The notes under the pieces: model-generated
Told to the model about the DNA's origin: nothing
Seen by the model: only the letters and a program-made list of their open reading frames with translations
The model's database searches: none
NCBI GenBank assembly: GCA_030531335.1
Contig: JAUNNV010000029.1
Location: 1-21,054, forward strand
Direction of reading: 5' to 3'
DNA length: 21,054 bases
Source of the DNA: Bacteroidales bacterium
GTDB lineage: Bacteria; Bacteroidota; Bacteroidia; Bacteroidales; Bacteroidaceae
Translations under genes and position numbers: made by a program
Part shown: positions 1 through 8,076 of the stretch, in pieces
Numbering within the stretch: the first letter of the stretch is position 1
Layout of the letters: each line of letters begins with the position of its first letter

Positions 1-324
1 CAGGTGAGCCTGCCGTTCGGAGGGAGGTAGCGTTTGGGCGTACTCGTAGGTCTCGATGATGATGCTCCGTATCTCCTTGGCTATCGGCAATGTCTTCTTC
101 ACGCTGGCCACCATGCGCGAGAACTCCTTCTGCTGTCTGCGGCTTCGGAACACGAGCGGTTTGAACACATATACCTCCGGAATCTGCAGCGAGGGAATAG
201 TGTCGCCGCCCTCCACACATGCCGGCACCCTGATGCCACTGATGGTGGTGTTGACCTCTTGTGCGCTTGCCGGCACGACGGACAGGCCGCACAAAATGCA
301 GATTATGGGCAATTTCCATGTCAT
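1..324 (-). CDS. Partial CDS (first 108 aa; 3' end lies beyond the window start): secreted protein resembling the Bacteroidales DUF4294 family
   Basis: Absent from the supplied track because it runs off the edge. Manual reverse-strand translation from the ATG at 324 gives MTWKLPIICILCGLSVVPASAQEVNTTISGIRVPACVEGGDTIPSLQIPEVYVFKPLVFRSRRQQKEFSRMVASVKKTLPIAKEIRSIIIETYEYAQTLPPSERQAHL, open through position 1. It has an N-terminal signal peptide. The family assignment is from memory only. Confidence 0.5.
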   Translation of the reverse strand, partial: MTWKLPIICILCGLSVVPASAQEVNTTISGIRVPACVEGGDTIPSLQIPEVYVFKPLVFRSRRQQKEFSRMVASVKKTLPIAKEIRSIIIETYEYAQTLPPSERQAHL

Positions 325-363
325 CGCGCTGCAAAAATAGGAAGAAAATACTACTTTTGCGGC

Positions 364-2382
364 ATGAAGAGGCTGATATATCTGCTTTCATTAGGTTTTT
401 TTGCACTTTCACTACAAGCGCAAAATGTGGTGGAGGACATGGTGGAACAGCTTGTCGAGACCGACGACGGCATCGACCAGGCCGTGTGGGAGGAACGTTT
501 AGAGGAACTGTCGTACCTGCGTGAGCAGCCTCTGAACATCAATACCATCAGCAAGCAGCAACTCGAACTCTTCCCCTTCCTGTCGGCACGACTGATAGAA
601 AACACCTTGTACTATCTCTACAGGTACGGGCCGATGAAGACCGACAAGGAATTGATGATGGTGGAGGACATGGACTTGGAGACTTGCCGACTGCTGCGCC
701 AGTTTGTGTATGTGGGCGAGGTGGAAGAGAAGCATCGCCGCCCGAGTCTTGCCACCATCCTGCAATATGGCCGGCACGAGGTATCGACACGTGTGGATGT
801 GCCTATGTATGAGCGTCGTGGTTACAAGGAGGATGTTTACGAGGGCAGTCCGCTGGCCCACAACCTGCGCTATCAGTTTCGATATTCCGACCGGGTGATG
901 GTGGGTGTCACCGCTGCGAAGGATGCAGGCGAGCCGTTTTTTGCGGGACGCAACGCGAAAGGATACGATTCGTATTCCCCATATTTCTACCTGCGCGATT
1001 TTGGTAGGATAAAGGCTTTGGCCCTTGGCAATTATCGCCTCAGCTATGGCTACGGCATGGTGGTGAACACCAATTTCAGCATGGGGAAGACCTTCATGCT
1101 GAGTACCCTTGATAATCGTGTGCAGGGCATCCGCAAACATTCCTCGACCGACGAATACAACTACCTTCAGGGAGGAGCGTTGAGCTACGACTTGGGGAGG
1201 AGGTGGAGTGTCGATGCTTTTTATTCGAACCGACGGATGGATGGCAATCTCAGCGATGCGGGCGAGATAACGTCCATCAAGAAGGACGGCCTGCACCGGC
1301 GCGACTTGGAGTGGGACAAGCACAACACCTTCCGTAGTCGGGTGCTGGGAGGCAATGTGGCCTACGATGGCCGGTATGTGGACGTGGGAGCCACTGTGGC
1401 CTATCAGCACTTGGGCAGGCGGCTCAATCCTACGCCACACGACTACAACCGCTACTATGCGCGAGGCTGCGATTTCCTGAATGTGGGCGTGGGCTATCGT
1501 GCGGTGTGGCGTCGGCTTACGTTGCAGGGCGAGACTGCCGCCGACAAGGATGGACACTTGGCCATGATGAACACAATCCGATACAACGGCTTGTCGGATT
1601 GGCAACTGATGCTTATGCAACGCTACTACGAGGCCGCCTACGCATCGCTGCTGGCGCGTGGAGTAGGGGAGAGTTCCTCGGTGCAGAACGAGAGTGGTGT
1701 CTATCTTGGTGTCGAGGGCAGGCTCATGCGCTATGTCCGTGCGTCGCTCTATGCCGATTACTTCTACTTCCCATGGTATCGTTATCAGGTAAGCAAAAAG
1801 GAAACGACGGGTTTCGACGGTGGAGCCCAGCTCATTTACAGTCCGCGCGGGGCGTTCAGTCTGCTTGCGCGCTATCGCTACAAACGTAAGTATCACGACC
1901 ACACCCCCGAGGGTGCCGACAAGGCGACGCTTCCTTTCACTACGCAACGCCTCAAGTTGCAGGTCGATTACAGGCTTTCGTCGTGTCTCACGTTGCGCTC
2001 CTCCGCCGATGCGAGCCATGTGCGTTATCAAGGTTGTCCGGCTTCGGTGGGTGTGCTGTTGGGACAATCGGTTGGGTATGACGGCGGGCGGCTGCCCTTG
2101 CAGGTGGATGTGTCGTTTGCGTGGTTCGACACCGACGATTACGATTCGCGCCTTTATGCGTCCGAGCGTGGGGTGCTGTATTCGTTTTCGACGCCTTCGT
2201 TCTATGGCGAGGGGCATCGTGTCAGTGGTGTGGTGCGTTGGGCCTTCACTCCGCACGTCGTCTTGCAACTCAAGTTGGGTGCCACCCATTATCGCGATCG
2301 CGACGTGATAGGGAGTGGCTACGATCGCATTGCAGGATCCGATAAGTGGGATGTGAACTGTTTGTTGAGGCTGAAATTCTGA
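364..2382 (+). CDS. Secreted helix-hairpin-helix (ComEA-like) domain protein with a long Y/R/G-rich C-terminal region suggestive of an outer-membrane beta-barrel
   Basis: Part of the 34..2382 ORF. Start is set at MKRLIYLLSLGFFALSLQAQ (signal peptide) at 364, because 1-324 codes on the opposite strand. The segment INTISKQQLELFPFLSARLIENTLYYLYRYGP resembles an HhH motif. Alternating aromatic/polar strands and the C-terminal ...CLLRLKF are typical of a barrel terminus. Confidence 0.65.
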   Translation: MKRLIYLLSLGFFALSLQAQNVVEDMVEQLVETDDGIDQAVWEERLEELSYLREQPLNINTISKQQLELFPFLSARLIENTLYYLYRYGPMKTDKELMMVEDMDLETCRLLRQFVYVGEVEEKHRRPSLATILQYGRHEVSTRVDVPMYERRGYKEDVYEGSPLAHNLRYQFRYSDRVMVGVTAAKDAGEPFFAGRNAKGYDSYSPYFYLRDFGRIKALALGNYRLSYGYGMVVNTNFSMGKTFMLSTLDNRVQGIRKHSSTDEYNYLQGGALSYDLGRRWSVDAFYSNRRMDGNLSDAGEITSIKKDGLHRRDLEWDKHNTFRSRVLGGNVAYDGRYVDVGATVAYQHLGRRLNPTPHDYNRYYARGCDFLNVGVGYRAVWRRLTLQGETAADKDGHLAMMNTIRYNGLSDWQLMLMQRYYEAAYASLLARGVGESSSVQNESGVYLGVEGRLMRYVRASLYADYFYFPWYRYQVSKKETTGFDGGAQLIYSPRGAFSLLARYRYKRKYHDHTPEGADKATLPFTTQRLKLQVDYRLSSCLTLRSSADASHVRYQGCPASVGVLLGQSVGYDGGRLPLQVDVSFAWFDTDDYDSRLYASERGVLYSFSTPSFYGEGHRVSGVVRWAFTPHVVLQLKLGATHYRDRDVIGSGYDRIAGSDKWDVNCLLRLKF

Positions 2383-2481
2383 ACAGTGTGTACTTTTGTC
2401 GTTGTCGTGGTTTGCCTGGTTTACGACATTATTTGTTTTGTACGAGATGATAGGAATGTTATAATCTGCCGTAGTACATTT

Positions 2482-3849
2482 CTAATCGGCCTTTTCGGCA
2501 TTTTCAACCGTTTTCTCCTTTACCAAGTAAGAAGGCAGGTCGAGTCCTGCTTGGTTGAAAAGGTCGTGGAGCGGTGGCACACTCTTCATCAGTCCGGACA
2601 GAAAGTTGGCCGTCGAACCCTTTCCGTCGGCAGAGTTTCCACTGTCCCACACGGTGACGTGGTCGATGTTGACACCCTTGATGGCCTCGACCTGTGTGCG
2701 CACCAGTTCGGGAAGCTTTTCGGTGAGCAATAGCATGTAGGCCTTGTTGGCATCGCCTCCGGCAGCCTCGACCATCTGCTTGTAGCCGGCCGCCTGCTTG
2801 GTGAGCACCTCGTAGTAACCCTTGGCTTCGGCCTCCATGCGGGCATAGATGGCATCGGCCTCACCCTTGGCGTTGACACGAATCTTCTCGGCTTCGGCCT
2901 CGGCCTCGATGATGCGGCGTTTCTTCTCGATCTCTTGGCTTACGAGTACGTTTGCCGTCTGCGTGGAGCGTTCGCGCTCGGCGCGAGCCTCCTCTGCCTC
3001 GCGCTCGGCGGCGTAGGCCTCTTGTAGGGCCCGTGCCGATGCCACCTTCTCGGCAGCCGACGCACGGCGCAGTGCCTCGGCCTCCTTCTCGCGTCGGAAA
3101 GCCTCGGAGTTGGCAATATCCACCTTTGCGTTGTTCTCGCCCTGCACGGCCTGTGCGTTGGCTTCGGAGGTGCGTATGCGGGTCTCGCGTTCGGCCTCGG
3201 CCTTGCCTATGGCACCAATCTTGTCTTGCTCGGCCACACGAACCTTCGCCTCGTTGATGGCCTTGGCGGCGGCTTCACGGCCGAGAGCCTCGATGTAGCC
3301 CGACTCGTCCTTGATATCGGTGACATTCACATTGATAAGTCGCAAGCCTATTTTCTTCAGTTCCACTTCCACGTTGGCACTGATGCTTTCGAGAAACTTG
3401 TCGCGGTCGTTGTTCAGTTCCTCAATGCTCATGGTGGCGATTACCAGACGGAGCTGTCCGAACAGGATGTCGCGGGCGAGTTCCTGAATCTGCGTCGGCT
3501 TGAGGTCGAGCAGACGCTCGGCGGCGGCGTTCATGGATTCCGGATCGGTGGATATACCCACCGTGAAGCGGCTGGGCACATCGACACGGATGTTCTGGCG
3601 CGAGAGCGCATTGGTGAGATTGGCATCGATGGAAATGGGCGTAAGGCTCAGGTATTGATAATCCTGAATGATAGGCCACACGAAGGTGCCACCTCCGTGG
3701 ATGCACTTGGCCGACCCTCGTTTCCCGGTGGTGCCATAAACTACAAGGATTTTGTCGGACGGACAACGACGATAACGCTTGATGATGGAAGCGAAAAGGA
3801 TGATGCCGACGAACACTACGGCCACCATCAGATACATGGATTCTAACAT
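2482..3849 (-). CDS. Flotillin-like SPFH/band-7 family protein (YqiK-like)
   Basis: 455 aa with an N-terminal membrane anchor (MVAVVFVGIILFASII). The SPFH core is CPSDKILVVYG...GGGTFVWPIIQDYQYLSLTPISI...RVDVPSRFTVGI. It is followed by a long A/E/R-rich coiled coil (flotillin repeat region). It sits downstream of an NfeD-like gene, as in yqiJ-yqiK type pairs. Confidence 0.88.
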   Translation of the reverse strand: MLESMYLMVAVVFVGIILFASIIKRYRRCPSDKILVVYGTTGKRGSAKCIHGGGTFVWPIIQDYQYLSLTPISIDANLTNALSRQNIRVDVPSRFTVGISTDPESMNAAAERLLDLKPTQIQELARDILFGQLRLVIATMSIEELNNDRDKFLESISANVEVELKKIGLRLINVNVTDIKDESGYIEALGREAAAKAINEAKVRVAEQDKIGAIGKAEAERETRIRTSEANAQAVQGENNAKVDIANSEAFRREKEAEALRRASAAEKVASARALQEAYAAEREAEEARAERERSTQTANVLVSQEIEKKRRIIEAEAEAEKIRVNAKGEADAIYARMEAEAKGYYEVLTKQAAGYKQMVEAAGGDANKAYMLLLTEKLPELVRTQVEAIKGVNIDHVTVWDSGNSADGKGSTANFLSGLMKSVPPLHDLFNQAGLDLPSYLVKEKTVENAEKAD

Positions 3850-3855
3850 GACAAA

Positions 3856-3900
3856 TATGATAATTTTGAATTATGAACTTATGATAATTAAGAATTATGA
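3856..3900. repeat. Tandem 21-nt direct repeat (19/21 identical, 24-nt period); each copy contains the palindrome ATAATT-N3-AATTAT
   Basis: 3856-3876 reads tatgataattttgaattatga and 3880-3900 reads tatgataattaagaattatga. The repeat lies in the 96-nt AT-rich spacer between the NfeD-like stop (3946) and the flotillin ATG (3849), ending 6 nt before that start codon. Confidence 0.8.
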
Positions 3901-3945
3901 CTTGCGAAGTTTGATGATCGAATCGAACAATCTTAACTCAAAATA

Positions 3946-4518
3946 TTATATGGTGGATACTTTCACGGTGGATTCGTCGATGACAGCCTCTATGCGTACC
4001 TTGCGGCCTGTAGGAATATCGACACCGTCCGAAACGGCTGTGAGCTCATGGATGGAACCATGGACAGACACTTGTATCTGGCCTTTTCCCTGTGGTGGTA
4101 TGTGCAGATAGACATCGGCCACCAAGCCCACACAATCGGCCAGCGACCAAGCACCGTTGCGTTCGAGTTTGCGTGTCTGACGGAAAATGAATACGAACAA
4201 TGCCACAAACAAGGAGCCTGTGACCACCGACAAGAAACCCGCGAATAGATGGCTGCCGACCAAGGGGTAAAAGCAGATGCCTCCCCATCCGATGCCCATG
4301 AGAAGGGCGACGACATTCTTCACGCTGAACAGGTTGAGGCCACCCCCCATGTCGAGGGTGTTGTCAACGTCGAAGTCGGCATCGGTGTCGGTCGCATCGA
4401 TGCCAATGAAGGTTAGGATGGATTGGACGACAAACACGATGGTGGAAATGCCGGCAATCCACCAATAAAAACGGAGCATTGGGTCGAGCGATGCGTACCA
4501 GATAGACAATTCATTCAT
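3946..4518 (-). CDS. NfeD-like / YqiJ-like (DUF1449-type) inner-membrane protein
   Basis: Start is set at MNELSIWYASLDPMLRFYWWIAGISTIVFVV (ATG at 4518), downstream of the predicted promoter. It has several TM helices, then a C-terminal OB-like NfeD segment (GLVADVYLHIPPQGKGQIQVSVHGSIHELTAVSDGVDIPTGRKVRIEAVIDESTVKV). The genetic pairing with flotillin is a classical arrangement. Confidence 0.7.
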   Translation of the reverse strand: MNELSIWYASLDPMLRFYWWIAGISTIVFVVQSILTFIGIDATDTDADFDVDNTLDMGGGLNLFSVKNVVALLMGIGWGGICFYPLVGSHLFAGFLSVVTGSLFVALFVFIFRQTRKLERNGAWSLADCVGLVADVYLHIPPQGKGQIQVSVHGSIHELTAVSDGVDIPTGRKVRIEAVIDESTVKVSTI

Positions 4519-4549
4519 GTTTTGATGTGTTTTCGTTGTTTTACGTTGG

Positions 4550-4580
4550 CAAATATAGGGACAAATAGATGAATTGCAAA
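4550..4580 (-). promoter_or_regulatory. Candidate Bacteroides-type promoter for the NfeD-like/flotillin pair
   Basis: The minus strand reads TTTG (4580-4577), a 19-nt spacer, then TATATTTG (4557-4550). This matches the Bacteroidetes -33 TTTG / -7 TAnnTTTG consensus. The -7 box ends 31 nt (4519-4549) upstream of the ATG at 4518. Confidence 0.5.
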
Positions 4581-4590
4581 ACAAATCGGC

Positions 4591-4624
4591 AAGAAAAAAC
4601 CCATATCCTCGAGAAGGATATGGG
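4591..4624 (-). terminator. Rho-independent terminator closing the long minus-strand operon
   Basis: The minus-strand RNA reads CCCAUAUCCU-ucucg-AGGAUAUGGG, a perfect 10-bp stem with a 5-nt loop (4600-4624), followed by UUUUUUCUU (4599-4591). It lies 45 nt after the stop of the 4670..7108 gene. No T-tract follows the hairpin in the plus orientation, so it is unidirectional. Confidence 0.85.
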
Positions 4625-4669
4625 CTTGATATTAGAACTTGGGGTGAGGGAGGAAATGACGGATGGGAA

Positions 4670-7108
4670 TCACATTTCGACCAAATGGAAGGAGGTCTGT
4701 CCTATCTGGAAGCTTTCGCCATGCCAGAGTTGATATTCCTTTCCAAGCGCGAGATATTTGCCCCCCTTCAAGGTGATGCCATCTACGGCACAGATACGCA
4801 CTACGCCATGCCTTTCATAAACCTTCACCTGCACGGGAGCCACGTCGCTTTGGAGATCCCAAGTGAGTTGCAAGGCGCAATCGACCGACTTGCCGATGGT
4901 GACAACTGTGTGAGGTGATGAGCGTAGCCATTTGTAGAGTGCGATGTCCATATCCTTGACAGATCCCGACACGTGCAGGAAAAAATGCTTGCCGACCGAC
5001 AAGGGTTGAGTCATGCACACCGCTATGGCCACACCATAGCCGATGAACACGAACAATGTCTTCATTAGTTCCGAAACCGTCTGTAGTTCCGCAACCATTT
5101 CCCAAAACAAAGTGCTCGCCACACCCACGACAGCCAGCATCAGCCACTGTCGCCTTTTGAGCCACAGGCGCGAATGATAGGTGGATACACAAGCGATGAC
5201 AAGTGTAGTCAGCACCCAAGGCAGCAGGTCGAACACAAACGAGCCCTCGTAAAGATTGAGCACGACAAGAGTGGCATTGTTGAAAACGAACACAAAAAAC
5301 ACGAGGACACACGCCACGGATGCCCGGACGAACTGCCCAAACAACCTTATGTGCCAACTATACTTGAACAACGTGAAGATTGACAGGGCAAAGGTAAGGA
5401 CGAAACCGATGATGCAACCAAATGTGGGAAGTGTATATAAACGTGAGGAGATGATGTCCAAATCCTGGGGGGAAAATGGGGATACACCTTGCTCGTGAAA
5501 GCCCAACAAGGAAATCGCGATACCATCGAAGAGGTCGAGAAAGAGTGAGCGAAAATGTGGATCCCACACAACCAACCAACCGATCGACGCCGCAGCGATG
5601 GCTACAAGGATCCAGCGTGTGAAGGGGGATGCGTTTTGAGGGTCGAGCAAGTTGGAACGGTTGTAATAATGCGAGCCATCGGGGCAATGCCTTCCATGTT
5701 CGGGGCAATGTTGTCCGTTTTCATTCCAACACTCCAAATGCATCACATGGCTGCATCTTGCCACGATACGGTCGCCCACGGCAAAGGGAGCCTTACAGTA
5801 ATAACATTCGTCGGGGATGGCGATGGCATTGATGCTCATGCGCCCCCCTGTATAGGTGAGGACATACTTGCGCTGAAAGATGACATAGCGTACAAATGGT
5901 TCCAACAGTTGCAAGGCCACGTAGGCGAGCAACAAGACCAGCAAGGCGATAATGATGCCGCGTGAAGCGATGTGGCCGGGCGATTTGTACCCACCGGTAA
6001 CGATTGGCACGTCAATGCTTCCGCACGCATATTCCTTGGAGCACCGGGCAATCAGGCTGTCGTTCCGGTCGTGGAAACTCAATTCCAGCCTGCGCGAACA
6101 GCCGTAGTAGATTTTCCCATCGGGATTCTCGAGCCGGATGGCGAAATCGGGATAGCCAATGCCGAAGGACGCGAAATTGTGTTTGCGCAACTCGACGGCA
6201 CTCAAACCATCGATGACACCCCCCCCCGATTGCTGGCAGAACACCTGCATCATATCCTTGTCGTCGGTGGAACTGTTTCCAGAGTCGGTCGAGGGAGTAC
6301 ACACGTAGCAAATGGCGGGTGCGGAAAACGAGGTGTCGGCGAGTTGTTGTAGGATTTGAGCCTGCACCCAGTAGTGGTCGGGGTCGAGAGGCGTATTGTC
6401 CGTCTCGTCATACACATGGCTGTCCGACAGTATCGCGATGGTGCGGTATGCAGCCGAGTCGAGAGGTGTTCCGGTGCCTTTGCGCAGTTTGCCGAGCATG
6501 AAGTACAAGGCACGATACACGTAAGGAGGAAGTTTGGTGTCGGACACACGATATTTGGAATTGCCGTTTACGTAATTGTCGATTACGTATGGCGAGACCT
6601 CCATGATAGGCGACAACTCGCCTTCGGAAAGGATGAACGAGATAAACACATTCCCATCGCCATACAGACGTATCAGCGAACGGATGTAGTCGCGTTCCTT
6701 TTCAAGCATGTCGGACGATTGGCACAAATCGACCATCAGCAGCAACTTGAGTCCCAACTTGGCATTTTCGGAAGCCACCACGTTGTTGAAGGAAACGACA
6801 TGTGGATGGGTCGATTCTGACCAAGGCACGAACTGGCGTTTCAGCTCCTTCACTGTCATGTGGATCAAGGAGCTGTCCTCAAGTAGGTATTTGTCCAAAT
6901 CATGGGTAATGTCCAACTCCAAGCTTATCTGTTTCACGTCGGTTGAAACGTTCATCGAGCGTATGGCCAAGGCATGGGTCTCGTGTTCGACCGAAGAAGG
7001 ATTCAACTCCGTGAACCGACTGCACGAGGCAAGTAGCAGAATGTATGGTAGCCAGACAGCAAACTGGCTGAAACGACGGAAACAACAAATTACAGACGGT
7101 TTCATCAT
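4670..7108 (-). CDS. Polytopic lipoprotein with four modules: periplasmic vWA-like domain, TM helix, cytoplasmic RING-H2-type zinc finger, six more TM helices, C-terminal FHA domain. Candidate membrane E3 ligase / signalling subunit.
   Basis: Lipobox LLLASC (Cys29). vWA-like strands are KLLLMVDLCQSSDM (a DxCxS degenerate MIDAS) and RTIAILSDSHVYDE. TM1 spans about aa 384-402. Residues 435-471 follow C-X2-C-X13-C-X-H-X2-H-X2-C-X7-C-X2-H, including CSHVMHLECW. By my hydrophobicity reading there are six further hydrophobic helices (aa ~497-700). The C-terminus VVTIGKSVDCALQLTW...VYERHGVVRICAVDGITLKGGKYLALGKEYQLWHGESFQIGQTSFHL is FHA-like. Confidence 0.7.
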   Translation of the reverse strand: MMKPSVICCFRRFSQFAVWLPYILLLASCSRFTELNPSSVEHETHALAIRSMNVSTDVKQISLELDITHDLDKYLLEDSSLIHMTVKELKRQFVPWSESTHPHVVSFNNVVASENAKLGLKLLLMVDLCQSSDMLEKERDYIRSLIRLYGDGNVFISFILSEGELSPIMEVSPYVIDNYVNGNSKYRVSDTKLPPYVYRALYFMLGKLRKGTGTPLDSAAYRTIAILSDSHVYDETDNTPLDPDHYWVQAQILQQLADTSFSAPAICYVCTPSTDSGNSSTDDKDMMQVFCQQSGGGVIDGLSAVELRKHNFASFGIGYPDFAIRLENPDGKIYYGCSRRLELSFHDRNDSLIARCSKEYACGSIDVPIVTGGYKSPGHIASRGIIIALLVLLLAYVALQLLEPFVRYVIFQRKYVLTYTGGRMSINAIAIPDECYYCKAPFAVGDRIVARCSHVMHLECWNENGQHCPEHGRHCPDGSHYYNRSNLLDPQNASPFTRWILVAIAAASIGWLVVWDPHFRSLFLDLFDGIAISLLGFHEQGVSPFSPQDLDIISSRLYTLPTFGCIIGFVLTFALSIFTLFKYSWHIRLFGQFVRASVACVLVFFVFVFNNATLVVLNLYEGSFVFDLLPWVLTTLVIACVSTYHSRLWLKRRQWLMLAVVGVASTLFWEMVAELQTVSELMKTLFVFIGYGVAIAVCMTQPLSVGKHFFLHVSGSVKDMDIALYKWLRSSPHTVVTIGKSVDCALQLTWDLQSDVAPVQVKVYERHGVVRICAVDGITLKGGKYLALGKEYQLWHGESFQIGQTSFHLVEM
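4673..4912 (-). other. FHA (forkhead-associated, phosphothreonine-binding) domain at the C-terminus of the 812-aa protein
   Basis: The pattern T-I-G-(K/R)-x...D..L...VS..HA-like is degenerate here (TIGKSVDCALQL...APVQVKVYERHGVVRI). It is followed by G(I)TLKGG...L..G..I.IG...F, which is typical of FHA C-terminal strands. Confidence 0.6.
5684..5806 (-). other. RING-H2-like zinc-finger motif within the 812-aa protein (aa 435-475)
   Basis: The segment is CYYCKAPFAVGDRIVARCSHVMHLECWNENGQHCPEHGRHC. Ligand spacing fits the RING-H2 consensus C-X2-C-X(9-39)-C-X(1-3)-H-X(2-3)-H-X2-C-X(4-48)-C-X2-C, with the last ligand His471 (or Cys475). Codons were checked: tgt at 5806-5804 and 5797-5795. Confidence 0.6.
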
Positions 7109-7110
7109 TG

Positions 7111-8076
7111 TCAGATGGTGGGATATTCGTTATCGTTAAATTGTGTCATGGACTTGTACTGCTTCGCCGCTTTCTTGGCGGCCTTCAGAGCGGCATATTT
7201 GCTCTTCATCATTGAAACAAACATCAGGATGATGGCTACGGCAGCCAAACTCATCAAGGAATCCTTCAGATGTTGCATCAGAGGCACATACTTCGCCTGT
7301 TGCACCTTGTCGGATTGCGCCTTTATCTCGGCGAACAACTGGCTGAGGCTGTCCATACGATTCTTTAGCGAAGGCACCAGCAATGCGGCTTGGGTGGCCT
7401 GTTGAAATGTTTGCTGCAATTCGGCAAAGGCGATTTGTTCCTTGGCTTGCAGCTGTTGCAGCAGAGGAGCCGTCTTGGCGGTCAGCGACAGCCTCTGGGA
7501 TTCCGACAGATATTGACTGTACTGATGCCGTTTCGATTCCAGCAGTTTTTCGGCCCGTGTAATGTCCTCCATCGCCTGCAGTCGGGCTTTTTGGGCTGCA
7601 ATCGAGTCCGACACGACTTGGAAGGTCACCTGAAAAGCCGTGAACTTGTCCATCAGAATCTCGTTTTCCACAATGTCTTGTTGTCGTACTTGCGTATAGA
7701 TATTCCATTGTACATTCACATTCTGCAACATCCGATCCAGTCCTTTTAATTCTGTCATCTTGGCCTGCGAAATACTTTTCCCGATATTGAGCAGTGTGGA
7801 TATGTATGCGTCCATCTCGCCCATCGTGGCGTTGGATTGTCCGCTTGGATGCGATGTCGTGGGTAAGTCTGAATAGACATCGAACTTTGTGGGCGTAGCC
7901 CATACAGACATGGTAGCCGATATGGTCACAAGCAGGATGGTGCAGAATGAGTAAACAACTTTTGTCACAATTGATTTCCTGTTATTGGCTTCGCCCATAA
8001 CAGACTGCGTCTCGGCATAACCAAGGTAGGCTTGCCTCTGCTCTTGGCTTGCGCTGTTATTCAAATTCACTGACAT
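7111..8076 (-). CDS. Hypothetical envelope protein: N-terminal TM anchor, Q-rich periplasmic coiled coil, C-terminal TM helix, short basic tail
   Basis: Part of ORF 7111..8232. Start is moved to MSVNLNN (ATG 8076) because 8077-8232 lies inside the upstream gene; M at 7998 is an alternative. TM helices are VVYSFCTILLVTISATMSVWA and LMSLAAVAIILMFVSMM. Coiled-coil heptads include LLQQLQAKEQIAFAELQQTFQQATQAAL. No family was recognised. Confidence 0.6.
   Translation of the reverse strand: MSVNLNNSASQEQRQAYLGYAETQSVMGEANNRKSIVTKVVYSFCTILLVTISATMSVWATPTKFDVYSDLPTTSHPSGQSNATMGEMDAYISTLLNIGKSISQAKMTELKGLDRMLQNVNVQWNIYTQVRQQDIVENEILMDKFTAFQVTFQVVSDSIAAQKARLQAMEDITRAEKLLESKRHQYSQYLSESQRLSLTAKTAPLLQQLQAKEQIAFAELQQTFQQATQAALLVPSLKNRMDSLSQLFAEIKAQSDKVQQAKYVPLMQHLKDSLMSLAAVAIILMFVSMMKSKYAALKAAKKAAKQYKSMTQFNDNEYPTI

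Noticed and set aside
352-359. TACTTTTG, a match to the Bacteroides -7 promoter box TAnnTTTG, just upstream of the HhH gene
   Set aside because: It ends only 4 nt before the ATG at 364, so the transcription start would fall at or after the start codon. The real promoter is probably further upstream, inside the divergent gene.
34-363. N-terminal 110-aa extension of the 782-aa plus-strand ORF
   Set aside because: The region encodes a well-formed signal-peptide protein on the opposite strand (1-324). The plus-strand product only becomes sensible at MKRLIYLLSLGFFALSLQAQ (364), which is itself a signal peptide.
499-2289. 596-aa ORF on the minus strand, antisense to the HhH/beta-barrel gene
   Set aside because: It is a shadow ORF lying entirely inside a better-supported plus-strand gene. 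The product is R/H/V/G-rich and low-complexity, with no signal or motif. Such ORFs are typical in GC-rich coding regions.
2404-2427. Possible hairpin (GTCGT...ACGAC) followed by a T-rich run, in the convergent gap between the HhH gene and flotillin
   Set aside because: The stem is only 5 bp with a 14-nt loop. That is too weak to call a terminator by eye.
2482-4518. Flotillin/NfeD pair considered as part of the injection/Ubl system
   Set aside because: A strong terminator (4591-4624) and an apparent dedicated promoter (4550-4580) separate it from the operon. NfeD-flotillin is a widespread self-contained module. The adjacency is most simply coincidental.
4519-4584. Longer start (MFCNSSICPYICQRK...) for the NfeD-like gene
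   Set aside because: It would begin upstream of the predicted -7/-33 promoter boxes and abut the operon terminator. The MNELSIWY start at 4518 gives a sensible membrane N-terminus.
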